Position numbers and translations under genes: made by a program. A model generated the notes under the pieces. It worked only from the letters and a program-made list of their open reading frames with translations, did no database searches and was not told the DNA's origin. A DNA stretch of 64,000 bases from Gammaproteobacteria bacterium (lineage in GTDB: Bacteria; Pseudomonadota; Gammaproteobacteria; Ga0077536), in assembly GCA_963662545.2 (NCBI GenBank), contig CAXXLL010000003.1, forward strand, positions 448,001 to 512,000, in the 5' to 3' direction. Positions 24,156 to 33,715 of this stretch are shown here, piece by piece (the stretch's first letter is position 1; each line of letters starts with the position of its first letter).

Positions 24156-24631
24156 ATGGCAGGTCGGATCGACAAGCGGCTGGAAGAGCTCGACATTACG
24201 CTGCCGCGGGCGCAAAAGCCCGTCGTCGCCAAGATCAAAGGCGCTTCCATAATCGGCAACACGCTCTACGTCTCCGGCATGATCCCCCAATGGGAGGGCG
24301 ACGTGCGCTACGTGGGCACGGTCGGCAAGGAATTCACTATCGAGGAAGGCCGCGAAGCGGCGCGCTTGAGCGCACTCAATGTCCTGGCCCAGGCGCGTGT
24401 CGCGCTTGACGGAGACCTGGATCGCATCAAGCAGATCGCGAAGGTCTCGGGTTTCGTCAATTGCACGCCTGAGGTCGCCGAGGTGGCGGCGGTCGTGAAC
24501 GGGGCTTCGGAGTTGTTTCTCGAGGTATTCGGAGAACGCGGCGAGCATGCGCGGATCGCGGTGCGGTGGGTGCCGCGACGATGCCGCTCGGGGTGGCGGT
24601 GGAGATCGAGGCGATCATGGAGATTGAGTAA
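24156..24631 (+). pseudogene. RidA/YjgF-family protein, frameshifted by a 5-bp duplication
   Basis: LYVSG..P, VVNGASELF.EVFGERGEHAR; removing one GCGGT near 24558-24567 restores IAVGAATMPLGVAVEIEAIMEIE*. Confidence 0.85.
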
Positions 24632-24885
24632 TGAAACCAGCTCACGACAACCCCGCTCACCCCGTTGGATTCCCGGTTCCGGGACGGAAGCCGCCCGTGC
24701 GACCGCCGCGCGAGCCGATGACCGGGCGTTATTGCCGCATCGAACCGCTCGAACGCGCCAGACATGCTGCCGTTCTGCACGAGGCGAAGTCACTCGACCC
24801 GGGCGATTTCGACGAAGCCGGCCGGCAGCGCCTGCGCCTGACGGACCTGACTCGGCCTCTCCTCAAGCAGGTCGCTGCCGCTTGA
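24631..24885 (+). pseudogene. RimJ/RimL-type GNAT acetyltransferase remnant (internal deletion)
   Basis: family-like N-terminus (PVGFPVPG..P..PPREPMTGRYCRIEPL...HAA.L) joined directly to family-like C-terminus (LDPGDFDEAGRQR..L.DL). Confidence 0.65.
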
Positions 24886-24893
24886 TTCGGCCT

Positions 24894-25393
24894 TCAATTT
24901 CCCGCGAGACAATTTATCAATTCGACGTTCTCGAGTAAGGCATTGATGGCACCCGACATGGCGGCGTTGATATGAGCCGCATTCTCTTCGGCGAACTGCG
25001 CGAAGAAAACCTGCTCTTGGGAAACTCCGCGATGCACGCGATCGTACTGCGAGACCTTGTCGTCGATGCACTGTCCGCGCAAGGCCGATTCCCTACGTAG
25101 CGTGCCCGTCACGATCCCGGGAACCACCGTGTAGCTCAGATTCACGACCTCGACGCGTAGTTGCCGATCATAGGTCGCGCGTACCGTTTTGCTGACGCTA
25201 AACCCTTTCGCGCTGAGGCCTTTCGATACCGCGGTTACCAATGATTTCCGTTGAGCGCATGTCTACGACCAATACCGAGATTTCCTTTCCCTCGGCAACA
25301 GCTGCCTTAGTCGCGACGTGGGCCTAGGGACGCAATTAGAACTTTTGAGGCGTTAAGGCGCACCCAGCGCACAGGCTCACCAAGGCAAACATC
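24894..25393 (-). pseudogene. degraded YajG-like lipoprotein gene
   Basis: MFALVSLCAGC lipobox, two in-frame stops, VVDMRSTEIIGNRG, then a frame change into the 115-aa ORF. Confidence 0.5.
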
Positions 25394-25417
25394 GAGATCA
25401 GCTTGCAAGAGGAATCG

Positions 25418-25510
25418 TTGGTCAAAGACAAGCTCATTGCTCCGTCTCTCCTATCGGCCGACGTCAGCCCAGACCATCATTTCATCAAAAATTTAACATG
25501 GACCGGCTTA
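25418..25510 (+). pseudogene. fragment of the 5' end of a ribulose-phosphate 3-epimerase gene
   Basis: KDKLIAPSLLSAD followed by DHHFIKNLT resembles Rpe motifs IAPSILSAD and D.H(F/Y)VPNLT with the intervening part deleted. Confidence 0.55.
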
Positions 25511-25802
25511 TTCGTGGTTCGCCTGCTGCCGCGCGAAAAAGATGAATGTCCCCTTTGTTCGTCGTGCTCTGGCGCGCAACGCCGTGCGGGCAGCATATGG
25601 CCGGGGTCGCCGAAATGCCGCATGAGCAGTGCGGCGGGATCCCCGTCCATGGCGATGTTGTAGACTGCAATGCACATATTTTTGGCGTCAAGTTTTCTTG
25701 CAAGCTACGATCATCGCTGCCACTTATCCTTCTCGATTCGAGCGACGGACGTCCACCTACAGACGATAACACTATGCTGCAGTCCCGATTAAAACGGAAC
25801 AG

Positions 25803-26666
25803 GTGTTGGTCGTGCTTGATTTAACGGACGCGCAACGCGGCGCCTTCGACGATGACGGTTACGTGGTCGTGAAAAACGTTTTGAAAGAAGCACTTATTCC
25901 TCCTCTGCATGAACGTTACGAACGCCTGTTTCGCGGCGAATTCGAAACCGGTCTCATGCCCGACGAGGTCAACTGGCAGGCGGGACGCGACGACCCCTCA
26001 TTGACCCGGCAGATCTGCAACGCCTGGAAAGCCGATCGCTGCCTTGCGGCGGTGGTCCTGCGCCAAGACATCGGCCGCGCTTGCGCACGACTCGGCGATT
26101 GGAACGGCACGCGCCTCAACCAAGACAACGTGTTCTGGAAACCGCCGGGCGCCCGCGCCATCGGCTTCCATCAGGACTCGGCCTACCAGGATTGGGTCGT
26201 GCCCGGCGATATGATCAGTTGCTGGATCGCGCTCGATGAGACCTCTGCCGAGGGCGGCACGGTAGAATACGTGCGCGGTTCTCACCGGTGGGGCCGCGGG
26301 CCCCGAAACGTGGAATTCCACGCACCTGAAGATCCGTTCGAGGATGTGCGAGCGGCAGCGAAAGTCGCGAAGATCGACGAACCTGAAAGAATCGCGATCG
26401 AAGTTAAGGCCGGCGACGCCGTGTTTCATCACGGATGGATCTGGCACGGATCCGGACAAAATCGGTCGACCGGACGACGGCGGTCGCTCGTGACTCACTG
26501 TATGCCGGCCGAATCCCGGTTTCACCCAACGCGGGTCGGGCCGATTTATGGACGCTACAAGCGCTTTGGCGAAACGGCTATGGATGAATCGTTTTTTCCC
26601 ATCACCTGGCGCCACGACGGGTATCGCTCGGCGTTCATCGAGGCCTTCCTCGAAGGCGGCCACTAA
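25803..26666 (+). CDS. phytanoyl-CoA dioxygenase (PhyH) family Fe/2OG oxygenase
   Basis: HQD...WIALD...G...H and HGSGQN...RR motifs. Confidence 0.9.
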   Translation: MLVVLDLTDAQRGAFDDDGYVVVKNVLKEALIPPLHERYERLFRGEFETGLMPDEVNWQAGRDDPSLTRQICNAWKADRCLAAVVLRQDIGRACARLGDWNGTRLNQDNVFWKPPGARAIGFHQDSAYQDWVVPGDMISCWIALDETSAEGGTVEYVRGSHRWGRGPRNVEFHAPEDPFEDVRAAAKVAKIDEPERIAIEVKAGDAVFHHGWIWHGSGQNRSTGRRRSLVTHCMPAESRFHPTRVGPIYGRYKRFGETAMDESFFPITWRHDGYRSAFIEAFLEGGH

Positions 26667-27815
26667 TTGCCTAGCGGCCGACGGTTGATCGCGCATGTAC
26701 ATCGCAACCGGTACGGACGGCAACTCGGGGCGATCTACGGCGTGCCATTGGTTTTGTGCGGAGCAGTCTCTGCAGGTTCAATCCTAGCCAGCGAAGCTCA
26801 GTCCGATGCGTGCAGCGCGGGCAACGGCTTGACGCCGATCTGTAGGTTTCAACGCCCGGAGGACATTGAGGTGATGCCGGGTGGTAAGACGCTTCTGGTG
26901 AGTGAATACGGATCGCTCGACGGCACCCGGCAGGGCAAGCTCACCCTGTTCAGGATCGCGGATGGATCCACCGAAACTCTGTATCCGCGGGCGGGTGCCG
27001 ATGCGGACGATCCGCGCTGGGGTGATGAGGCATGCCCTGGACCGCCGGGTGAGCAGTTATCGCCGCACGGCATTCATCATTCTGAAACCGGCGGACTCGA
27101 TCGGGTCTTCGTCGTCAATCACGGCGGCCGCGAGGCCGTTGAAATGTTCGAATTAGAGCTAAAGGATGACGGCGCGCCGTCACTCATATGGCGCGGCTGC
27201 GTCACTGTGCCCGAGGGGATATGGATGAACGACGTGGTCGGGTTGCCCGGCGGGGGTATTGCGATCACGCATATGATGCCGCGCGGTTCCTCCGAGGAGG
27301 CCATCAATAAAGCCGAGATATCGCGAGACGACACCGGCTACGCGCTGGAATGGCACACGGGTTCCGGCTGGAACCGCCTCGCGGGGACCGACGGCGGGCT
27401 GCCCAACGGGATCGAGGTCTCGGCGGACGGCGGGACGCTTTACCTCAATTATTACTTTGGCGATCGCGTGGCCGCGGTCGATCGTGCCAGCGGCGAACGC
27501 TTGTGGGATATCGAGGTCGATGCACCCGACAACTCGAGCTGGACCGCCGGGGGAAAGTTGCTAGTGGCATCCCACCGGGAAAATCTCGAAGCGGTGTTTG
27601 CCTGCAACGAGCCAGGCGTTCAGATCTGCCCGCTGGCGTTCGCGATCCTGTCGATCGATCCGCGTAATGGATTGACGAAAACCTTGTTTGAAGGGACGGG
27701 CCCGCCCATGGCGGGTGCAACCGTGGCGGTCGAGGTTGGCACTACGATCTTCCTGGGATCGTTTGCGGGCGATCGCATGGCGCGGTTTGAACGCGATGCC
27801 GCCGCTACAGAATGA
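26667..27815 (+). CDS. exported SMP-30/paraoxonase-like beta-propeller lactonase/arylesterase
   Basis: PEDI, SPHGI, VVNHGGREAVE, NDVV, PNGI and PDN motifs; start uncertain. Confidence 0.8.
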   Translation: MPSGRRLIAHVHRNRYGRQLGAIYGVPLVLCGAVSAGSILASEAQSDACSAGNGLTPICRFQRPEDIEVMPGGKTLLVSEYGSLDGTRQGKLTLFRIADGSTETLYPRAGADADDPRWGDEACPGPPGEQLSPHGIHHSETGGLDRVFVVNHGGREAVEMFELELKDDGAPSLIWRGCVTVPEGIWMNDVVGLPGGGIAITHMMPRGSSEEAINKAEISRDDTGYALEWHTGSGWNRLAGTDGGLPNGIEVSADGGTLYLNYYFGDRVAAVDRASGERLWDIEVDAPDNSSWTAGGKLLVASHRENLEAVFACNEPGVQICPLAFAILSIDPRNGLTKTLFEGTGPPMAGATVAVEVGTTIFLGSFAGDRMARFERDAAATE

Positions 27816-27821
27816 ATCGGA

Positions 27822-28688
27822 TTACTTTTCGCAACTCACGATGAAATCGCTGATGGCGTTGCAGAGTTCGCTGTCGGCGTCGCTCAAGCCCCGAATAGCC
27901 GTGAAGTGGTTCTTGCCGGCCTGCTCGCGATTCGAGCCCGCCAGCCCCGCCGCCTGCCAGGCCTGCATGTAGTCGGCGGATTGCCGGTGAAATTCTTTGG
28001 ACTCGGCGCCGCCGACATCGGTGATCAGGGGCGGTGCGGCTTTCGGTATATCAAATAGCGGGCTTTCGCGCCGAATGACATCATCGTTCAATTGCAGCAA
28101 CGGCTGCAGCCACGAATAGCGCAGTGGACCCAAGTCGAACAGGCCGCTGATCGAGTACCCGCCCTTGATCACGTCGTCCGGCAGCCCGTAGTCGCCCGCC
28201 CAGTCGGTGCTCAACAGGCGCGCGACCTGGTGGCCGCCGGCGGAATGTCCGGAGACGTAGATGCGCTCACGACTGCCGGCAAAATCGAGCTCCGTGCGCG
28301 CCAGCCAGGCGACGGCCGCGCGGGTCTGACGCGTGATCTCGGGGATCGTGACCTTGGGACACAGCGCATAGTTGGTCACGACGACGGTGATCCCGCGTGC
28401 GACCGGACCGAGCGCCGCGAGGCTGAACTCTTTTGAACTCAGGCGCCGCCAATAACCGCCGTGCACGAACACGAGGATCGGCGCGTCGGGATCCTTCGCC
28501 GGAAAGATATCGAGCGTTTCTTCTACGGTCGGACCGAACGGCACATCGAGCAGACAATCGAGTTCGTCGCGTGCTCGCGCGCTCTCGCCGATGAAGAAAT
28601 CGATATGAGGCTTGATGCCACCGACGACGAGCTCGACGTTGTATTGGCCGTCGATCTCATCCTGCGTGGTGAACTGGCGGTAAAGCAT
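27822..28688 (-). CDS. alpha/beta hydrolase, arylformamidase (kynurenine formamidase)-like
   Basis: FVHGGYW, GHSAG nucleophile elbow, SGLFDL and NHF. Confidence 0.85.
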   Translation of the reverse strand: MLYRQFTTQDEIDGQYNVELVVGGIKPHIDFFIGESARARDELDCLLDVPFGPTVEETLDIFPAKDPDAPILVFVHGGYWRRLSSKEFSLAALGPVARGITVVVTNYALCPKVTIPEITRQTRAAVAWLARTELDFAGSRERIYVSGHSAGGHQVARLLSTDWAGDYGLPDDVIKGGYSISGLFDLGPLRYSWLQPLLQLNDDVIRRESPLFDIPKAAPPLITDVGGAESKEFHRQSADYMQAWQAAGLAGSNREQAGKNHFTAIRGLSDADSELCNAISDFIVSCEK

Positions 28689-28696
28689 AAATTTCG

Positions 28697-28724
28697 GGGG
28701 CCAGAATCAATTGACCCTGACCCC
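28697..28724. repeat. short palindrome GGGGCCAGAATCAATTGACCCTGACCCC
   Basis: imperfect 28-bp inverted repeat between co-oriented genes. Confidence 0.5.
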
Positions 28725-28736
28725 TCGCCCGGCCGA

Positions 28737-29663
28737 TCAATAGCGCGGCACGCCGGGATCGATCTTCTGCGACCAGGCGTCGATGCCGCCCGCGAGGTTA
28801 TGCGCGTTGCTATAGCCGTTACGGCTGAAAAAATCGGCCGCGGACTGGCTGCGCACACCGGTATGGCAGTGGAAGACGAGCAGCGCATCCTTCGCCAGTG
28901 AATCGACGAATTTCGCTGCCTCTTCATCCAACAGACGTGAGCCTTCGATCATGGCGCGTTCGCGTTCGTCTTTTTCACGTACGTCGAACAAGTGAGCCGG
29001 TTCGCCCGCATCCATCTTCGCCTTGAGCTCCTCGACCGACATCTGCGCGGCGGGCGCCGGTGCGTTCGGGTTTTTGATACTCATGCTCATGCCTTGCGGC
29101 GTTTCCGTCATGTCGATCACGAGTCCGTCGGCGCGCCGCGCCGAGTCGACGTCCAGCAGGAGCTCGATACCATTAGCGGTAACGCCGACCTCGTGGCCTT
29201 TCGCGGGGGCCAGACTGAATTCATGGTTCCAATCGGCGTCGACGCTTAGATGCACCGGAACGTCCGGCGTCTCGGCCATCACGTTGCGGATCGCCCTCGC
29301 CGCGGTGTCGCTGATGGTGATCTCCGGCGTGACGAGTTCAACCGGTTCCACACCCAGTGCTTCGTGCAACTGGCCGGTGGTGTACATCTGCTGAATGACG
29401 TCGCAGCCGCCGAGGAATTCCTGATCCACGTAGAGCTGCGGTATCGTCGGCCATTGCGAATATTCCTTGATACCCTCCCTGATCTCCGGATCCGCCAGGA
29501 CGTCGACCGTATCGTAATCGGGCGCCACATTGTTCAGAATGCCGATGACGGTGGCCGAGAAGCCACATTGCGGCTGCTGCGGGGTGCCCTTCATGAAGAG
29601 CACGATTTTGTTCGACGCGATGGTCGAATCGAGGCGGGAGCGAAGCTCGTCGGTGAGTGGCAT
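28737..29663 (-). CDS. grxD: monothiol glutaredoxin (Grx4) fused to an IscA/HesB-like domain and a rhodanese domain
   Basis: LFMKGTP..PQCGFS, WPTIPQLY, GGCD; ITISD.AA...IKNPNA; C-terminal CHTGVRS and LAGGIDAW. Confidence 0.88.
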   Translation of the reverse strand: MPLTDELRSRLDSTIASNKIVLFMKGTPQQPQCGFSATVIGILNNVAPDYDTVDVLADPEIREGIKEYSQWPTIPQLYVDQEFLGGCDVIQQMYTTGQLHEALGVEPVELVTPEITISDTAARAIRNVMAETPDVPVHLSVDADWNHEFSLAPAKGHEVGVTANGIELLLDVDSARRADGLVIDMTETPQGMSMSIKNPNAPAPAAQMSVEELKAKMDAGEPAHLFDVREKDERERAMIEGSRLLDEEAAKFVDSLAKDALLVFHCHTGVRSQSAADFFSRNGYSNAHNLAGGIDAWSQKIDPGVPRY

Positions 29664-29765
29664 GAATAGTTCCTTGATGACTTACGAGACTTTGCGCAGT
29701 GTAAGCCAATCTCCAGGTAGATCAATAAAGGGGGACGCGATCTAAGCTTAAATAGTGGACCTGTT

Positions 29766-29873
29766 ATGCGAAAAACCATCGCGATCTTCGTTACGGTAAT
29801 CGCCGTATGTTCAACAGCCTGGGCGGCCGATACGCCTGACGATCGGGCCGCGGCGCTCGAGAATTTGAAATAA
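29766..29873 (+). pseudogene. 35-aa signal-peptide-only remnant of an exported protein
   Basis: MRKTIAIFVTVIAVCSTAWA-ADTPDDRAAALENLK*. Confidence 0.4.
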
Positions 29874-29901
29874 AGGATCAGAGCCAAGGACTCTGACCGT
29901 C

Positions 29902-30270
29902 TCAACCGGCCGATAAGGCTTCCAGATCCTTTGCCCGCATCCGCACGGCTGCTTTCTGGGCGCCCGTGGCCGTCTTGTAAATTTTCTTGTCGAAAAGTTT
30001 CAAAGGCTTTGCACGGTCAGCGCAGAGCTGGCCCACGCACCACTCTTTTCCCGGCGTGACTACGACGGCGACGAAGAAGCCGGGCATGGGGCCCACCCGG
30101 TAATTGTTGAAGGCAAACAGGACCTCGGCGAGGTCGCTCAATTTATCGGGGTCGAGATCCTCGAGGATCCGGGTCTCCAGGCCCGACATCGGCACGTCGC
30201 GGGTCGGCACGACATGCTTGCCCACAGGTGGCCTGATGAGCGGCATATGCGAGCTGCGGGTCTTGTTCAA
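29902..30270 (-). CDS. DMFase-associated protein, divergent small-subunit-like (module B gene 3)
   Basis: paralog of 33283-33708 (P...W.VGQL.AD.A.P...F); aligns by eye with the small-subunit core. Confidence 0.7.
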   Translation of the reverse strand: MNKTRSSHMPLIRPPVGKHVVPTRDVPMSGLETRILEDLDPDKLSDLAEVLFAFNNYRVGPMPGFFVAVVVTPGKEWCVGQLCADRAKPLKLFDKKIYKTATGAQKAAVRMRAKDLEALSAG

Positions 30271-30290
30271 TGCTACCAGCCGATCGCCGC

Positions 30291-32648
30291 CTATGGGAGC
30301 GGCCCGGTTTTCATGAAACCCCTGATGACGTTCTCCAGGATCTTCGAGACGTTGTTCCGGTATTTGTTATGAGACAAGGCGCCGCACCAGGCGAGTGAGC
30401 CGGGCGCGAAGAGCGCGCCGTCGTTCGGTGTCTTGTAGTAGATCATGTCGGCACGCACCATCGGGTTCTCATCGCCCCCGCCGTAATAGCCGCGTACGGC
30501 AAAGTGGATCTCCTCGTTGACCTGCAGCATGAGATCGGTATGACCTTCCGAGCGCGCGAGCAGGAACGCTTCGTGAGGCGTGCCGAACTCAAGATCGTAG
30601 CGATCGATTTCAAGGCCGGCGGCGCCGCCACCGACGAGGCCGAAGTCGCCGATGATCTCGTCATAGCCGACGCCCTCGAAGATCCAGGCGCACTCCTTGC
30701 GCTTCGAATCGGGTTCGCGACGGTAATAGGTCGACACGTCGAAGCCGTAAGCGGTGAACGTGAGCCCGCAGACCTTCGTTGGAACACGCCCGCGCGCGCG
30801 CCACATGCCGCCGAACTTGCCGTCGAAGGCGTTGTTGTATTCACCCGGGTTGGCGGTCCAGGCGCGGGTGCCCGCCTCGCCCTTGCGCACTTCGATAATG
30901 TTGCTGTTGTCCGGATGGTACTGAGAGACCCAGTAGAAACCATCGGCGCCGAGATAGATCCAGCGCCCGCCGGCCTGCTGGTAGGCCTCGTAAGCGATGA
31001 GCATGTTCTCCGAGGAGTACTCGGGATGGCTGCCCGTCAGGACTACCGGATAGCGGTTCAGGAGATCCACACCTTCGCGATCGAGGTCTTCGTCGGTGTG
31101 CACGTCGAAGGCGATGCCCCTCACTTCTAGCCAGTCCGTGAGATGCAGATCCGCATTGAGCTGCCACAGCGACGGCGACAGCCAGTGGCGGTACTTGGGT
31201 CGCATGTTCAGGATCGGGCGCAGGCGCGTGGAGTAGCACACGCCGCTGCCGTCGGAATGCAATGAATAAGTCGACAGGCCATACTCGCGATGCTCGTTCA
31301 GATACAGATCCGAGGCCTGCATGATCGGGACGCGTCCGGAAAGAAGTTCTGCGACGACCGAGTTGGTCGCGAGGTTGTCGTTCGAGTAGGCCAGGTAGCT
31401 GTTGGTCGGAATGATCAAACAGACCTTGGCCGTAGTCTTACCATGTGGCGGACGCACGAAGAAGGGCACATAATCCTCGGTCTCCGGCGTACTCTTGCCG
31501 GCGATACGCAGGCGAGCACCGTAGACGCCGCTCTTGAGACCCTTGGGAATCGTGTAGGTGAAGCTCGCCGCCCAGCGTGCGTCGTCGATGTCGTCGTCGT
31601 GGAAATGGATGGCGCCGTATTCTTCCGGCCGGTGATGAAAAACGATCTCATCGCTGGTCCAGTTGTAGCCGGTCATTGCACGCACCGGCAGATTGACGGC
31701 GAAGCCGTTGAGCTTGTTCGGCGAAGTATCGATGATTTGGCAGGACGCGATGTTGTCGCTGATGTTGGCGTGGAAATCCCAGGCGCCGACGACGGCGCCC
31801 CGCAGCTCGGACTCGCAGCTTGCGAAACCGCGCGCCAAAGCGTCGATCTCGTCCTTGTCCAGGGCACGGTTAGCGAGGCGCGGGCGGTCGATCTTGCCGT
31901 TGTAGACGTTTTCCTGCTCGGGCAGCGGAAACGGATCCTTAGCCTCGGCGTAATGCGCGCCCTGCACGTGGCGGCCGCACCGGGCGCGCAGGGTGTTCGC
32001 CGCCATCAGGAACGGCGCATCGTTTTTTGCCGGTTTGACCCGGGCCGTACCCGTGACTGCAGCGGTGGTCTGCGAGGCGGGATGCAGCATCGACAGGCCG
32101 AGGCCGCCGTTGGTCGGCGTCACGACGGGTTGCTGATAAACGCGCACCCGCCCGGATTTCGAATCGTAGGACACGGCTGCCAGATACCAAACCTTGCGCA
32201 TGAGCGCCTTGCCGCTCGAGACTGTCGCGACCTTGCCCTTGCCGTCGCCGATCCAGCAGGCCAGGCAAGCCTTCTCGTCAACAAACATACCGTAGCCGCT
32301 CTTTCGCGGACCCACCCACTTTGTCAGGATCCCCTGCACACCTTTGTCCGGTGTGGTTGGAAAGATGAAAGCCTGCAAAGTGAAGCTCTGCAGGTCCATG
32401 CGGTGATCCGGCTGTGTACAGACGTAGGATCCACCGTGGATCCTCTGGTTTCTGCCCTTGTATTTTTTGTTGCACGGCGCGCGCACGAGCTTTTCCTTGA
32501 AGCCCGGCCCTTCCGGATTCGTATCGCCGTGGATCAAGCGAACGATGTCGGCGTGATAGTCTTCGTTCTTTTCGGCGTTGACGTAAAATGTGATCTCGTC
32601 GCCGGGGCAGACCGAGTACTTGTCGCTGTAGCCCGTGATCCTGAGCAT
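30291..32648 (-). CDS. N,N-dimethylformamidase large (beta) subunit family protein, module B
   Basis: VRLIHGDTNPEGPG, LamG-like region, AIHFHDDD, SYLAYSN, GLSTYSLHSDG, GSHPEY and ADGFYW. Confidence 0.92.
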   Translation of the reverse strand: MLRITGYSDKYSVCPGDEITFYVNAEKNEDYHADIVRLIHGDTNPEGPGFKEKLVRAPCNKKYKGRNQRIHGGSYVCTQPDHRMDLQSFTLQAFIFPTTPDKGVQGILTKWVGPRKSGYGMFVDEKACLACWIGDGKGKVATVSSGKALMRKVWYLAAVSYDSKSGRVRVYQQPVVTPTNGGLGLSMLHPASQTTAAVTGTARVKPAKNDAPFLMAANTLRARCGRHVQGAHYAEAKDPFPLPEQENVYNGKIDRPRLANRALDKDEIDALARGFASCESELRGAVVGAWDFHANISDNIASCQIIDTSPNKLNGFAVNLPVRAMTGYNWTSDEIVFHHRPEEYGAIHFHDDDIDDARWAASFTYTIPKGLKSGVYGARLRIAGKSTPETEDYVPFFVRPPHGKTTAKVCLIIPTNSYLAYSNDNLATNSVVAELLSGRVPIMQASDLYLNEHREYGLSTYSLHSDGSGVCYSTRLRPILNMRPKYRHWLSPSLWQLNADLHLTDWLEVRGIAFDVHTDEDLDREGVDLLNRYPVVLTGSHPEYSSENMLIAYEAYQQAGGRWIYLGADGFYWVSQYHPDNSNIIEVRKGEAGTRAWTANPGEYNNAFDGKFGGMWRARGRVPTKVCGLTFTAYGFDVSTYYRREPDSKRKECAWIFEGVGYDEIIGDFGLVGGGAAGLEIDRYDLEFGTPHEAFLLARSEGHTDLMLQVNEEIHFAVRGYYGGGDENPMVRADMIYYKTPNDGALFAPGSLAWCGALSHNKYRNNVSKILENVIRGFMKTGPLP

Positions 32649-32709
32649 GGGAATTCTCCGCTTTTTATATCAGTCGGTAACGACTGCCGCCGACCTTTTG
32701 CGATAGGTT

Positions 32710-33117
32710 CTAAGGACCGTACTCCTTCAGGAATTCCTTAACCCGCCTCACAAAAATGGCATGCTCGCACGAACCCTCCGAGGGATAGGGCTTCGCGAGG
32801 ATCTTGACGGGCTTACCGCGTATGCCCGTGACGATACCGATGCGGTAATCCTTATGCGGTTTCATGCAGACGCGCACGTACTTGCCCTCCATCGGTTGAC
32901 GCCGGAACTTGTCGAGCACGCGTGCGAGGTCACCGCCGTGCTTCACTGCGGCCGTGCCGGCTTTGCCAGGCCGACCGATCGGATTATTGCGATGTTCTTC
33001 GATGAGCGCCTTGCGCGTCGCGGGATCGGTGAGTAGCGGCAGGATGTGAGTGCGGGTAATGAAATCGTCGGTCTGCGTATATCCGCGGTTTTCTTGTACG
33101 CCGGTCTTGCGCGCCAT
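32710..33117 (-). CDS. N,N-dimethylformamidase small (alpha) subunit-like protein, module B
   Basis: IEEHRNNPIG...L.RVLDKFRRQP..GKY...YRI...EHAIFVRR. Confidence 0.8.
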   Translation of the reverse strand: MARKTGVQENRGYTQTDDFITRTHILPLLTDPATRKALIEEHRNNPIGRPGKAGTAAVKHGGDLARVLDKFRRQPMEGKYVRVCMKPHKDYRIGIVTGIRGKPVKILAKPYPSEGSCEHAIFVRRVKEFLKEYGP

Positions 33118-33282
33118 GGTCTTTCCCCTAAGTCCACGATGGACGATCAAACGGCGGCATGCGTCCGCCGCCTTATTCGAGAATCTTGATTCGGGCCGTG
33201 AAAAAATTCGCCGAATTTTGTTCTCTTCGAAGTAGACCGCTTAGGCGAGAGAGAATCAAGTGTTCCCGCCCGTGATAGGCGA

Positions 33283-33708
33283 TCACGATACCGGTGTGCC
33301 CGGTTCGCAGGCGCGCATGGCCTGCGCTTTGTCGCGCGCCTCCGCCTCGCTTGCGAATATCAGGTCTTCGAATACCTGCACTGGGCGCGCCGCATCCGCA
33401 CGCAACTGCCCGACGGCCCAGCGCTGGCCGGGCTCGACGCAGACGACCACGTACCAGCTTTCGACCGGACCGGGCCGGCAGTGGTTGAGCTTGAACAGGA
33501 GCTTCGCGAGGATCGCATAACGCCCGCCGTCGGCTGGCAGCACCTTCCCGTCTTCCTCGTCGTGGCGCTCGCCGAACTTTCGCCACAGCATGCTGCCTTC
33601 CGGCATGACGCCGGCATCATCGATTTCGAGCGTCTGCTCGGCGCGGAACGCGGGATGCACCCACCAGAAATGGTCGCCTAGCTGCGTGCTCGAGTCTTTG
33701 ACGTTCAT
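33283..33708 (-). CDS. DMFase-associated protein, divergent small-subunit-like (module A gene 3)
   Basis: starts 8 nt after the large-subunit stop; paralog of 29902-30270. Confidence 0.7.
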   Translation of the reverse strand: MNVKDSSTQLGDHFWWVHPAFRAEQTLEIDDAGVMPEGSMLWRKFGERHDEEDGKVLPADGGRYAILAKLLFKLNHCRPGPVESWYVVVCVEPGQRWAVGQLRADAARPVQVFEDLIFASEAEARDKAQAMRACEPGTPVS

Positions 33709-33715
33709 GTTGCGC

